NCBI GenBank assembly: GCA_963702205.1
Contig: OY969724.1
Location: forward strand, 3,872,001 to 3,936,000
DNA from: an uncultured candidate division Zixibacteria bacterium
Lineage (GTDB): Bacteria; Zixibacteria; MSB-5A5; GN15; PGXB01
DNA: 64,000 nt
Reading direction: 5' to 3'
The position numbers and the translations under genes were made by a program. Shown in pieces: positions 28,857 through 38,543 of the stretch. Position 1 is the first letter of the stretch, and the number at the start of each line of letters is the position of its first letter. Under the pieces are notes generated by a model that did no database searches, was not told the DNA's origin, and saw nothing but the letters and a program-made list of their open reading frames with translations.

Positions 28857-30320
28857 ATGAGAACACGACCAATCACGCCCGACGAACGACAACGGGCTTT
28901 CAAACCGACCAAAAAGCCGGAGGTGGTCGAGAGACAAAAGCTGGACGTGCGCTATCATGTCGAGAATTACGATACCACCGATCGTCCGCGCCGTTTTCTC
29001 GAAGCCTTCGCGGCCATATTAAAACATTCCAACTATCAAATGGCGCTGGATCATTTCATCCGTATGAGCGCCAAATGTTCGCGTTGCGCCACGACCTGCC
29101 AGGTGTATCAGGCGACGCAGAATCTCAAGGACATACCCTGTTACCGCTCCGAACTTCTGCTCGGCGTGTACCGTCGCTATTTTACGATGGGCGGCGTGCT
29201 GCGCGGACATATCGGCGACAACAAATACCTGACCGATGAAAAAATCGAAGAGATGGCGGATAGCTTCTACAACTGTACCGCCTGTCGTCGCTGCTCGATG
29301 GAATGCCCGTCGGGTATCGACCACGCTCTGGTTACCCACCTCGGACGATATATCCTGAGCGAAATCGGCATATCGCCGCGCGCGCTGGTGGTCAGCACCC
29401 GCGAGCAGCTCGAAGGCGCCACGGGTAATACCTCGGCCATCCCCGTCCCGGCCCTGACCGACACCCTTGAGTTTCTCGAAGAGGACATGCTCGAAGAAAA
29501 GGGTGTCGAAATCAAATTCCCGATGGACGTCGAAGGCGCCGAATACGCTTTTTTCCCGGCTGTCAGTGACTTCCTGATGGAAGCCGAGACGCTGATGGGC
29601 ATCGCGGCTGTTTTCACGGCCACCGGTGATTCCTGGACGACCGGCACCGGCTACTTTGATGGCATCAACTACGGCCTTTTTTACAGCGACCGGATTCTGG
29701 AGCGGGTAGTCAAAAAAATCGACGCCGAAACCCGCCGCCTGCAAGCGAAAAAAGTCCTTATCGGTGAGTGCGGCCACGCTTCAAGATCCGCCAAGTACTT
29801 CCTTCCGACCTACTGCGGCGGCAAGGATGCGTACCCCGTTATCAACATCATGGAATACACGTACAAAGTCTGGAAAGAGGGTCGTCTCAAACTCGATCCC
29901 AACGTCGTGACGGAAAAAGTGGCCTATCACGATCCGTGCAACATTGCCCGCCAGCGCTGGATTATCAACCAGCCGCGCGAGCTATTGCAAGCGTTTTGCA
30001 GGAACTATGTCGAAATGACGCCCAACGGCGAAAACAACATCTGTTGCGGCGGGGGCGGTGGGACGGTTTCGATCGACGAAATCCGCCCGTACCGCACGAC
30101 CGTCGGGGGCAAGCTCAAAGCCGACCAGATCAGGAGATCGGGATGCAACATTCTCGTGGCTCCCTGCGCCAACTGCAAAAAGCAGCTGCGGGAGCTGGTC
30201 GAGGATCAGGGCATCGACTGCGAAGTGGTCGGTCTGCACGACCTTCTGTATAAAGCCATCATATTTGATGAATCACTGAAAGTTAAAACACCGGATGAAA
30301 ATAAAGAGGAGTCGCAATAA
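28857..30320 (+). CDS. Fe-S/CCG-domain oxidoreductase, HmcF/TmcB/HdrD-like
   Basis: CSRCATTC, CTACRRCSMECP, ECGH, YHDPCN, CCGGGGG and PCANC motifs. Confidence 0.85.
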   Translation: MRTRPITPDERQRAFKPTKKPEVVERQKLDVRYHVENYDTTDRPRRFLEAFAAILKHSNYQMALDHFIRMSAKCSRCATTCQVYQATQNLKDIPCYRSELLLGVYRRYFTMGGVLRGHIGDNKYLTDEKIEEMADSFYNCTACRRCSMECPSGIDHALVTHLGRYILSEIGISPRALVVSTREQLEGATGNTSAIPVPALTDTLEFLEEDMLEEKGVEIKFPMDVEGAEYAFFPAVSDFLMEAETLMGIAAVFTATGDSWTTGTGYFDGINYGLFYSDRILERVVKKIDAETRRLQAKKVLIGECGHASRSAKYFLPTYCGGKDAYPVINIMEYTYKVWKEGRLKLDPNVVTEKVAYHDPCNIARQRWIINQPRELLQAFCRNYVEMTPNGENNICCGGGGGTVSIDEIRPYRTTVGGKLKADQIRRSGCNILVAPCANCKKQLRELVEDQGIDCEVVGLHDLLYKAIIFDESLKVKTPDENKEESQ

Positions 30321-30322
30321 AG

Positions 30323-31027
30323 ATGGAGGCGTACTTATCATTTGCCAGAGGACCGCTGTTTCGCCTGTCGCTGGCGGTAATGTTGCTCGGCCTGGCCCGG
30401 ATATTCTTCCTCGATTTATTGTCCGCCTACCAGGCCTGGCGCAGGGCGGGCGACAAATCGATCCCGTGGAAACTGGTCATCTCACGAGGACTGGAATGGC
30501 TGTTCCCCGTCAAACGGGTGCTGCACAATCGACCGTTATATTCGATATTTTCGATACTTTTTCATATCGGGCTGCTGCTGGTGCCGATATTCCTTTTTGC
30601 CCACGTCCAGCTCTGGAAAGGTGTTCTCGGTTTCAGCTGGCCGACGCTGCCGTACAAAGTCGCGTACTGGTTGACCATAAGTACGATCGCATTCGCCGTT
30701 CTGCTTCTTTTGGGCCGGGCCCTCAGTAAGACGTCGAGCTTCATAAGCCGCAAACAGGACTATCTCTGGCCGCTGCTTTTGCTGGTTCCGTTCGTGACCG
30801 GATTCGTCTGCGCCCACGCGGGCGTATCGCCGGACAATTACCAGGCTTTCATGCTGATGCATATATTATCAGCCGAACTGATATTTGTCCTGATACCGTT
30901 CACGAAAATCGCGCACTGCGTTCTTATGCCGCTGTCACAGATGATCACCACGCTGGCCTGGAAGTTCCCTCCGGAAACCGACGACGCCGTCTGCACCACG
31001 CTTAACAAGAAAGGAGCCCCGGTATGA
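30323..31027 (+). CDS. Membrane cytochrome b, NarI/HmcE/TmcC/DsrM family
   Basis: About five TM helices. His pairs FH..FAH and MH..PFTKIAH, and an N-terminal RGPLF. Confidence 0.85.
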   Translation: MEAYLSFARGPLFRLSLAVMLLGLARIFFLDLLSAYQAWRRAGDKSIPWKLVISRGLEWLFPVKRVLHNRPLYSIFSILFHIGLLLVPIFLFAHVQLWKGVLGFSWPTLPYKVAYWLTISTIAFAVLLLLGRALSKTSSFISRKQDYLWPLLLLVPFVTGFVCAHAGVSPDNYQAFMLMHILSAELIFVLIPFTKIAHCVLMPLSQMITTLAWKFPPETDDAVCTTLNKKGAPV

Positions 31028-31794
31028 GCAAGGCTATCCTGACCGACGTCACCAGGTGCATCGGTTGTCTGGAATGCGTCGCCGCCTGCAAGGTCGCCAA
31101 TCACCTCGGGCTCGACGAGCCCCGGACGTGGCAGAAAAACGACGGTCTTTCGGCGGTCAACTGGACGTCGATCGTACAAACCCCGGAAAATCGGTTTGTC
31201 CGCAAGCAGTGTCGTCACTGCCTCGAACCGGCTTGTGCCTCGGCCTGCCCGGTAGGTGCACTGCACACGACCAAACTCGGAGCGGTCGTCTACGACAGTG
31301 ATAAATGCCTCGGCTGTCGTTATTGCATGATGGCTTGTCCATACGGTATCCCGCGCTACGATTGGGATTCGGCGGTACCGTACGTCAGAAAGTGCATTCT
31401 CTGTTTCGATAGAATAAAAGAAGGACAGCAGCCTGCCTGCACCGGGGTCTGCCCGACCGGCGCGACCATATTCGGCGAACGCGACGAACTGATCGCCCTG
31501 GCGCACAAGCAGATCAAAGACAACCCCGGCAAGTACATCGATAAAATCTGGGGCGAGCACGAAGTCGGCGGCACTTCGGTCCTTTACCTGTCCGACGTCG
31601 ACCTCGATTTCCTCGCCTACAAACCCAAACTCGACGCCTCCGGATTGCCGGCCACGACCGGCCCGGCGATGAAGGCGGTTCCGTTCGCTTTCGTCGGCAT
31701 GGGTGCCGTCATGTACAGCATCAACTGGATTGTCCGCCGCCGGAACGAACTGGCCAAACCCAAAGACGATCAGGAGGACAAGACTCATGGATAG
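31024..31794 (+). CDS. 4x[4Fe-4S] ferredoxin subunit, HmcB/HybA/FdnH-like, with C-terminal membrane anchor
   Basis: CIGCLECVAAC, CRHCLEPACASACP, CLGCRYCMMACP, CILC..PACTGVCP and EVGGTSVLYLS motifs. Confidence 0.9.
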   Translation: MSKAILTDVTRCIGCLECVAACKVANHLGLDEPRTWQKNDGLSAVNWTSIVQTPENRFVRKQCRHCLEPACASACPVGALHTTKLGAVVYDSDKCLGCRYCMMACPYGIPRYDWDSAVPYVRKCILCFDRIKEGQQPACTGVCPTGATIFGERDELIALAHKQIKDNPGKYIDKIWGEHEVGGTSVLYLSDVDLDFLAYKPKLDASGLPATTGPAMKAVPFAFVGMGAVMYSINWIVRRRNELAKPKDDQEDKTHG

Positions 31795-33652
31795 AGTACA
31801 AAAGTTCAAGATTATCCTCTGGTCGATTCTGGGCGTCGCCGCCGCCGTCGGCATTACCCGGTTCCTGTTCGGACTGGGCGCCACCACCAACCTGACCGAT
31901 GCCACCCCGTGGGGGCTGTGGATCGGGTTTGACGTTATGGGCGGTGTTGCCCTCGCCGCGGGCGGATTCGTCCTGACCGCCATCTTTTACATTTTCAAAC
32001 GCGCGGAATTCAAGCCGCTGGTGCGCCCGGCGGTACTTACGGCCTTTCTGGGCTACATCGCCGTTGTCGGCGGATTGATGTTCGATCTGGGATTGCCCTG
32101 GAATATCTGGCACATGATGATCTACTGGAATCCTCATTCACCGCTGTTCGAGGTCGGCTGGTGCGTCATGCTTTACACGACCGTCCTGCTTCTGGAATTC
32201 AGTCCCGTCCCGCTGGAAGAGTTCAGCCGTTACGCCAAAATCAGGAACTTCCTGATGAAATTCCGTTTCCCATTCGTCATGCTCGGAATCATGCTCTCGA
32301 CCCTGCATCAGTCGTCGCTGGGCTCGCTCTTCCTGATTATGCCTTACAAACTGCCGCCGCTGTGGTACACCCCGATTCTTCCGGTGGAGTTTTTCATCTC
32401 GGCCGTAGCGCTCGGTCTCATGATGGTATCGTTCGAGAGTCTTTTCTCGCACTGGTTGTACCGCCGCAAATCCGAAGGGCACCTTTTGGAAAAACTCGGT
32501 AAAATATCCGTCTGGATCCTGGGAATTTATCTGGTCGTGAAACTGGGTGACGTCATCATCCGTGGCCAGTTCGGCGATATTTTCGCCGGGACGCGGGAAT
32601 CCAACCTGTACATCATAGAGCTTTTAATATCGGCCATAATACCTCTGGCAATTTTATTAACACCGAAACTCCGATCGCGGAATAAATGGCAGTGGGTCAG
32701 TTCATTCATGGTCGTGTTCGGCATGGTGTTCAACCGCATCAACGTCGGCGGCCTGACCATGCTATCCACGACCGGCGACAGCTATATTCCCTCGTGGACG
32801 GAAGTTTTCATCAGCCTCGGAGTCGTCTCGGCGGCGGCGCTGGCGTTTCTGTTCGCCATCGAAAAATTTTCGATCTGGGAAGCCCGCCCCCACGACCCGC
32901 AATCCGATCCGTTTACCCAGCCTCTTTTCGACGGTGTTTCTCACGTCTGGCTGGGGAATCCGTCGGTGGCCGCCCGCACCCGCTATTCGCTCGCGTTCGT
33001 CGTCTTTTTCGCGGCTGGTTTCGCTCTCATGCCAAGTCACAAAATTCATAGCCAGGGTGTCGAGCAGGAAGCCGCTCAACCGGCCCGGGGCGGAAAGGTG
33101 CTGTTTATCGACGGCAACCGCGACAACTACGGCGTAGCCTTCGACCACCAGGATCATATCGACCGCAATCACGGCGACAGTTCGTGCGTCCTGTGCCATC
33201 ACATGAATACGCCGATGGATAAAAACAGCCGCTGTTCCGATTGTCACGATAAAATGTACGTCGCCAATGATGTATTCGGGCACGACTGGCATTCTTCCCC
33301 GGTTGGCGCGAATATCAAGTGCAACGACTGTCACCAGCCGGGCGTGCAGCGAAGCGCCGCCTCGGCCAAAGCGTGCAGCGAATGTCATAAAGATTTGGTC
33401 GTTCCCGGCTCGAAGATTCCCTTTGACAATACAATGGCGGTATCGTACGTCGATGCCATGCACACCACCTGTGTGCAATGTCACAAGCGTATGGTGCCGA
33501 CCGTGGCCGACAAACCGATGCTCGACAAATGTGTCACCTGTCATCGGCCGGTGCCGGAAGAGAATGTAATCTCAATGCCCGATAGCAAATGGCATCCCGT
33601 CAACGGTGATCGGGTGGTACTGCCCGGAATTTTGGTGGAGGATGCGAAATAA
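31787..33652 (+). CDS. NrfD/PsrC-family (HmcC/HybB-like) membrane subunit fused to a C-terminal six-heme class III-like cytochrome c
   Basis: Start MDRVQKF follows AGGAGG. Motifs PWGLWIGFD..GVALAAGG, SPLFEVGWC and LSTLHQSSLG. Six CxxCH (CVLCHH, CSDCH, CNDCH, CSECH, CVQCH, CVTCH). Confidence 0.88.
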   Translation: MDRVQKFKIILWSILGVAAAVGITRFLFGLGATTNLTDATPWGLWIGFDVMGGVALAAGGFVLTAIFYIFKRAEFKPLVRPAVLTAFLGYIAVVGGLMFDLGLPWNIWHMMIYWNPHSPLFEVGWCVMLYTTVLLLEFSPVPLEEFSRYAKIRNFLMKFRFPFVMLGIMLSTLHQSSLGSLFLIMPYKLPPLWYTPILPVEFFISAVALGLMMVSFESLFSHWLYRRKSEGHLLEKLGKISVWILGIYLVVKLGDVIIRGQFGDIFAGTRESNLYIIELLISAIIPLAILLTPKLRSRNKWQWVSSFMVVFGMVFNRINVGGLTMLSTTGDSYIPSWTEVFISLGVVSAAALAFLFAIEKFSIWEARPHDPQSDPFTQPLFDGVSHVWLGNPSVAARTRYSLAFVVFFAAGFALMPSHKIHSQGVEQEAAQPARGGKVLFIDGNRDNYGVAFDHQDHIDRNHGDSSCVLCHHMNTPMDKNSRCSDCHDKMYVANDVFGHDWHSSPVGANIKCNDCHQPGVQRSAASAKACSECHKDLVVPGSKIPFDNTMAVSYVDAMHTTCVQCHKRMVPTVADKPMLDKCVTCHRPVPEENVISMPDSKWHPVNGDRVVLPGILVEDAK

Positions 33653-33656
33653 ACTT

Positions 33657-34076
33657 ATGAGTAATGCCGCCAAAATTTTGATTATCGAAGACGAGCCCGA
33701 TGTGAGCCTGTATTTACAGACCATCCTCGAATCCGAGGGCTACAAAACGGAAATCTGCGATACGGCCACCGACGGGATGGATATGGTCGGTGAGTTCAAA
33801 CCCGACCTGGTCAGCCTGGATATTATGATGCCCCACGAAACCGGGATGTCTTTCTACGTAAAATTGAAAAAATCCCGGAAGCATTCACGCATCCCGGTCA
33901 TTGTCATCAGCGGCGCCGTCCAGCAAAAAGAGTTCCGTTTCGAGGACTTTGTCCCGGACGAAAAAGTGCCGCCGCCCGAGTCATACATGGAAAAGCCGAT
34001 CGACGTCGACCTGTTCCTGCAAACGGTAAAGAAACTGCTTAAGGCCAGATCCGGCGCGAAGGTCAAGGGTGCATAA
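33657..34076 (+). CDS. Stand-alone response regulator receiver
   Basis: ILIIEDE, LDIMMP, IPVIVIS and EKP motifs. Confidence 0.9.
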   Translation: MSNAAKILIIEDEPDVSLYLQTILESEGYKTEICDTATDGMDMVGEFKPDLVSLDIMMPHETGMSFYVKLKKSRKHSRIPVIVISGAVQQKEFRFEDFVPDEKVPPPESYMEKPIDVDLFLQTVKKLLKARSGAKVKGA

Positions 34077-35561
34077 TGGTGAAGAAGGTTTCCGATATAA
34101 GCACTCTAAATTCCGACTGGATACATTCGGAGTTTTTTCAAATGGTTCCGTACATGGTGGCGGTCATCGACCGGGATTATAATATCGTCGAAGCCAACGC
34201 CAATTTCGAGGATTTCTTCGGCAAGTGGAAAAACAAGAAATGCTATGCCGTCTACAAAAAGCAGGATAAACCGTGCGAAAATTGTCCGAGTTTCAAGATT
34301 TTCAAGGACGGTCAGCCCCGGGTGATCGACTCGGCCGTGGTCGACAAAGAAGGCCGCCAGGCACACAACGTGGTGCACAGCGTCCCGCTTCACAACCCCG
34401 ATGATAAAAGCGTCGAGTACATTATCGAAATGTCGTCGGCCGTCACCGAGACCAACCGCCTGCAGCAGGAAGTGAGCGTCCTGTTCGATCGTGTCCCCTG
34501 CTATATTACCGTTATCGATTCCGGATACCGCATAGTCCGGGCCAACGAGAAATTCCGCGAAAGTTTCGGAGACGTCCTCGGGCAGTACCTGTTACAAAGT
34601 ATACAAGCGACGGAACAAGAAATGTCCCAACTGCCCGGCGGCCAAAACCTTCAAAGACGGCAAGAACCACGAATCGGAGCAGTCCGGTATCGGCAAAAAA
34701 GGTCAGAATATAAATTATATCGTCTCGACCTCACCGTTGAAACGCGGCGGCGGCGATATCGCGCACGTCATCGAAATTTCCACCGACGTCACGAAACTTA
34801 AGGTGCTGGAAAAAGACATCATCGACGCCGAACGTCTCGCCGCGGTCGGTCAGACCGTGGCCGGACTGGCGCACAGTATCAAGAATATCCTGATGGGTCT
34901 CGAGGGCGGTAAGTACATGATCGGGCTCGGGCTCAAGAAAGACGACCGAAACCTGATCGACCGGGGCAGCGAAATGCTCGATCGGAATTTCAACAAGACG
35001 ACGTCGCTCGTACGCGACTTCCTGAGTTTTTCCAAGGGACGTCTGCCGGAGCTGAAAATGACCGATCCCAACCAGCTGGTGAAGGAAATAAGCGACCTGT
35101 ACAAAGACATCGCCGGCCAGTCGGGAATCGAACTGAAACCGGTGCTGTCGCCGAAAATCAAGAAAGCCCCGCTCGACGCCGACGCCATCCACACCTGCCT
35201 GACCAATCTCGTCTCGAACGCTATCGACGCCTGTCAGATGGGCAAGCAAAAAGGGACCGAAGTGGTCGTTTCGGTCCGCGATGAAAAAAGCACCCTGATA
35301 TTCGAAGTCACCGATAACGGTGCCGGCATGGACTATGACATCAAAAAGAAAATCTTCACGACCTTTTTCACGACCAAAGGCGGCCAGGGCACCGGCCTGG
35401 GTCTTCTGACCAGCCGCAAGCTGGTGCAGGAGCACGGCGGCAGAATTGTCGTCAAGTCGCAAAAAAATAAAGGGTCGCTGTTCAGATTGGAGTTTCCAAG
35501 ACAGCGTTTGAATTATATATATAAAGAAAGCCGCAAGAACGGCGATGAAGAAATCAATTAA
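34076..35561 (+). pseudogene. PAS-PAS histidine kinase split by a +1 frameshift at ~34589 (true pseudogene or assembly error)
   Basis: Removing one C from cag tac c tgt joins the two ORFs into 494 aa and restores CYKVYKRRNKKCPNCP, matching PAS1 CYAVYKKQDKPCENCP. H-box LAHSIKN and N/G1/F/G2 boxes are present. Confidence 0.85.
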
Positions 35562-35584
35562 TAGCTTTAAATAGTGAGCGATAC

Positions 35585-36103
35585 ATGAGCAAACCAGCCG
35601 ATAAGAAAATTCTGGTCGTCGACGACGAAGACGACGTACGGCAATATCTGGAATTGGCCCTGAAAGAAGCCGGATTTAACGTCATCACCGCGACCGACGG
35701 CTTTGAGGCGATGGAACAAGTCGAAAAGGAAATTCCGGATTTGATCTCTCTGGACCTGGTCATGCCCAAGAAATCCGGAGCGAAATTTTACCGGGATCTC
35801 AGCAAAAGCAAAAAATACAATAAAATACCGGTCCTTATCGTCACCGGTCACGCCCGCGATGAACTCGGCCGGGCCGATTTGAAGGAACTGACTCTATCGG
35901 GGCCGGGCATTTATCTCGAAAAACCGATCAGCCCGCCCAAATATGTCGCCGCCGTGAAAAGCCTCCTGGGACTCGATGCCACCGACGAAGAAAAAGTCCT
36001 CGCCGAACAGGTCAACCTGCAGAGCGAGTTGAAAAATATTATCGATTCCGCCGATCCGGAAACATTGCGGCAGTTGAAGAATATTATTAACGGCAAAAAA
36101 TAA
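35585..36103 (+). CDS. Response regulator receiver with short C-terminal helical extension
   Basis: ILVVDDE, LDLVMP, IVTG and EKP motifs. Confidence 0.9.
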   Translation: MSKPADKKILVVDDEDDVRQYLELALKEAGFNVITATDGFEAMEQVEKEIPDLISLDLVMPKKSGAKFYRDLSKSKKYNKIPVLIVTGHARDELGRADLKELTLSGPGIYLEKPISPPKYVAAVKSLLGLDATDEEKVLAEQVNLQSELKNIIDSADPETLRQLKNIINGKK

Positions 36104-36145
36104 CGCCACTAAAGTGCAATTGCACCGTACGACAGAGGATGAATA

Positions 36146-36529
36146 ATGTCTGATAAAAAGAAAATTTTGATAGTCGAAGACGAACCCGATCTGGTCGAAA
36201 TGCTGAGCGTCTTTTTCGGCGAAAACGGATTCGATACGATTACGGCCTACGACGGTCATGAGGGGTTTGTTAAAGCCGAAAACGAAAATCCGGACTTGAT
36301 AACGCTCGATATTTCCATGCCCGGCGAGTCCGGCGTAAAAATGTACCGTAACCTGATAAACTCCGACAAGGCTAAAAATATACCTGTGATAATCATCACG
36401 GCGGCGCCGGCGGAGTTGAAAGGATTTATCAAGCGGATGAAATCGTTTCCCGATCCGGCCGGATATTTTGAAAAACCGGTTGACCGCGACGAACTGCTGG
36501 CCAAGATCAGGGAACTGGTAAAAGCCTGA
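36146..36529 (+). CDS. Stand-alone response regulator receiver
   Basis: ILIVEDE, LDISMP, IITA and EKP motifs. Confidence 0.9.
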   Translation: MSDKKKILIVEDEPDLVEMLSVFFGENGFDTITAYDGHEGFVKAENENPDLITLDISMPGESGVKMYRNLINSDKAKNIPVIIITAAPAELKGFIKRMKSFPDPAGYFEKPVDRDELLAKIRELVKA

Positions 36530-36659
36530 TAATGCATTTTAGTTCTTTAATCGCCGCGCACCGGATATGTTGATATATAGTCTATGCCTGGCAGACCTGT
36601 ATCTTATGGATGTATTTGTTCATCGTACAATTCCGCGCTTCTCCGGCAAAACGACGACC

Positions 36660-38543
36660 CTATAAACCATAGAGCTTTATGTAGCCTGAAGAAATTTCTT
36701 TTGATTTTTCGTGAAAAGCCTTGAACTCAGCGAATCCGTCAACTGGTAGAATATACGCCTTGTTTATTTTGGACAGTATCAAAGTAATCTCGTCTTCTTT
36801 AATATCGTATTTCGCCGCCATAACGCCCAGTGAGAATACTGCGCTGTCGGACGGCGGCAGAACTATTGAATCAACCTGGTATTCGGGAGCCCACGTAATA
36901 TTGACAGAGTCGATTAATGCGGATGGATATCCCAGATTAATCGGAATTGTCCTCTCATCCAGGTTTATTTTATGCATGTCCTCGAAGTCTTCCAGGTCCT
37001 CGAGCATATCGGCTTGAATATATGTTACGTCTTTTATTTTCCTCAAGGGTCTTTTGGCTTTGGCCGCAAACGACACGCTGAATGGTTTGTGGATATCGTT
37101 CAGATTATTAATATCATAATGCGAAATTTCGTAATTTTTATCGCCTCCGGGGAATATACTGTAAAGTAGTGCGTTAGTTTCGTCTTTATCGTAGTGCAGC
37201 AGGTTACTTCGGATTCTGAAGGCATAGGAGCCGGAATATGAAACCGTCACGTCGAATTCCGGAATGCTCTCTTTGTTAACATGTATATTGATATTTCGAA
37301 TGATCCCGTTTTCACTCGGGGCGCTCCTTGGCGTATATATCAGTCGGCTGTCATTGTCCCGGACCACCAGTACCGGGATATCTTCATCGGTATACGGCAG
37401 CTCTCCGAACGCGCACTGATCGCAGGTCGGGTCCATCCAGATCGTATCGCCTTCCGTGACCGCCATTACAAAGACATGATTGAAACCGAAATTTGGAAAG
37501 GTCGTGTCGATTTTGCCGACCGTCCGAGTCAGAGCCAGAACCGGGTATGCCTCAATGCTTTCGGGCATGTGGGATAAAAGCAGGGTCGAAAGGGCTTTGC
37601 AGTCGCCGTATTTTTTCTCGCGAGTCTGATCTGCCGGTTCCGGTTTCCAGCCTCCGACGCCAATCGAAACGGATACATACCTGTACTCATCAATAATACC
37701 GCTATATATGTTTCCGACATAGTCGATAGCCCGCTCAGCCGCAGCGTCGTTAAACGCGGGTTCAATATCCGGTCCATAGCAGTCCCGTGCCAGTTCGAAG
37801 TACCATTGGCCGATATTCTTCCAGCTGTCACCGGAAAATTCGTATTTGCCCAGGCTGAATTTTTCTGCCAGAAATGAGATCCTGTCGGTTTCAGGGTATC
37901 CATCCGGCTTGTAATAAAATTCTCCTATCGCGGGAATGTCCACCGCCGCCCATGAATGCACTCCTTCACTGACCGTTTCCGTAATTCTCGTGCCATATAT
38001 CTTCGAAACGAATTGGAAATCGTCGGGTGCCTTCAGATTATAGTCAGCCCGGCTTACGGGAATATCCTCCTGAAAGCCGACTCCCCTCCAGAAAAAGAGA
38101 GTGTTGGTTTCGGTTTGATACTCGTATTCGATAGAATAAGGGTAACGGTCAGGGTTGATTTCCTTCGAATAATAATAGTAGCAAATATCCGAATAAACTT
38201 CATAAACGTCGCCGAAGCCGCAAGTTTTTTCGAGATCGGATTTTTCAATTTCGCAAATAACCTCGTCGTTCCTGTCAGCAATTCTTCCTTTTAGATATTT
38301 CAGCTTCATAAATTTGTTTATCGGAATTAGAATCCGGCCGTTGTCTTTTCCGGTCTGTTTGAGTATCGTGATTTTTATTCCGACCGTTGTAATTTCTTTA
38401 TTATTCTTAATTTCGCAATCATATTGTTTATAGTCATAATAAGCGTCGTTCGGGGTACCATCGTCGGCCCAGGACGATACTCCCATTAAGACAATCAGTA
38501 GTGCTTTTAAAAGTCGATTCATAGTCATCCGTGCCTGCCTCAA
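36660..38543 (-). CDS. DUF3857 / transglutaminase-like secreted protein (catalytic Cys retained)
   Basis: RYVSVSIGVGGWKP, GDCKAL, FNHV and WMDPT motifs. The start may instead be MNRLLK at 38522. Confidence 0.85.
   Translation of the reverse strand: MRQARMTMNRLLKALLIVLMGVSSWADDGTPNDAYYDYKQYDCEIKNNKEITTVGIKITILKQTGKDNGRILIPINKFMKLKYLKGRIADRNDEVICEIEKSDLEKTCGFGDVYEVYSDICYYYYSKEINPDRYPYSIEYEYQTETNTLFFWRGVGFQEDIPVSRADYNLKAPDDFQFVSKIYGTRITETVSEGVHSWAAVDIPAIGEFYYKPDGYPETDRISFLAEKFSLGKYEFSGDSWKNIGQWYFELARDCYGPDIEPAFNDAAAERAIDYVGNIYSGIIDEYRYVSVSIGVGGWKPEPADQTREKKYGDCKALSTLLLSHMPESIEAYPVLALTRTVGKIDTTFPNFGFNHVFVMAVTEGDTIWMDPTCDQCAFGELPYTDEDIPVLVVRDNDSRLIYTPRSAPSENGIIRNINIHVNKESIPEFDVTVSYSGSYAFRIRSNLLHYDKDETNALLYSIFPGGDKNYEISHYDINNLNDIHKPFSVSFAAKAKRPLRKIKDVTYIQADMLEDLEDFEDMHKINLDERTIPINLGYPSALIDSVNITWAPEYQVDSIVLPPSDSAVFSLGVMAAKYDIKEDEITLILSKINKAYILPVDGFAEFKAFHEKSKEISSGYIKLYGL

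Noticed and set aside
28857..31027. DsrMK and dissimilatory sulfate reduction
   Set aside because: The neighbourhood fits Hmc/Tmc-type complexes better, and no dsrABC or dsrJOP-style cluster is in the window.
30838..31983. Long antisense ORFs (e.g. 381 aa here, also 13010-13945, 29019-29777, 32762-33544)
   Set aside because: They are shadows of well-supported genes in GC-rich DNA and carry no recognisable motifs.
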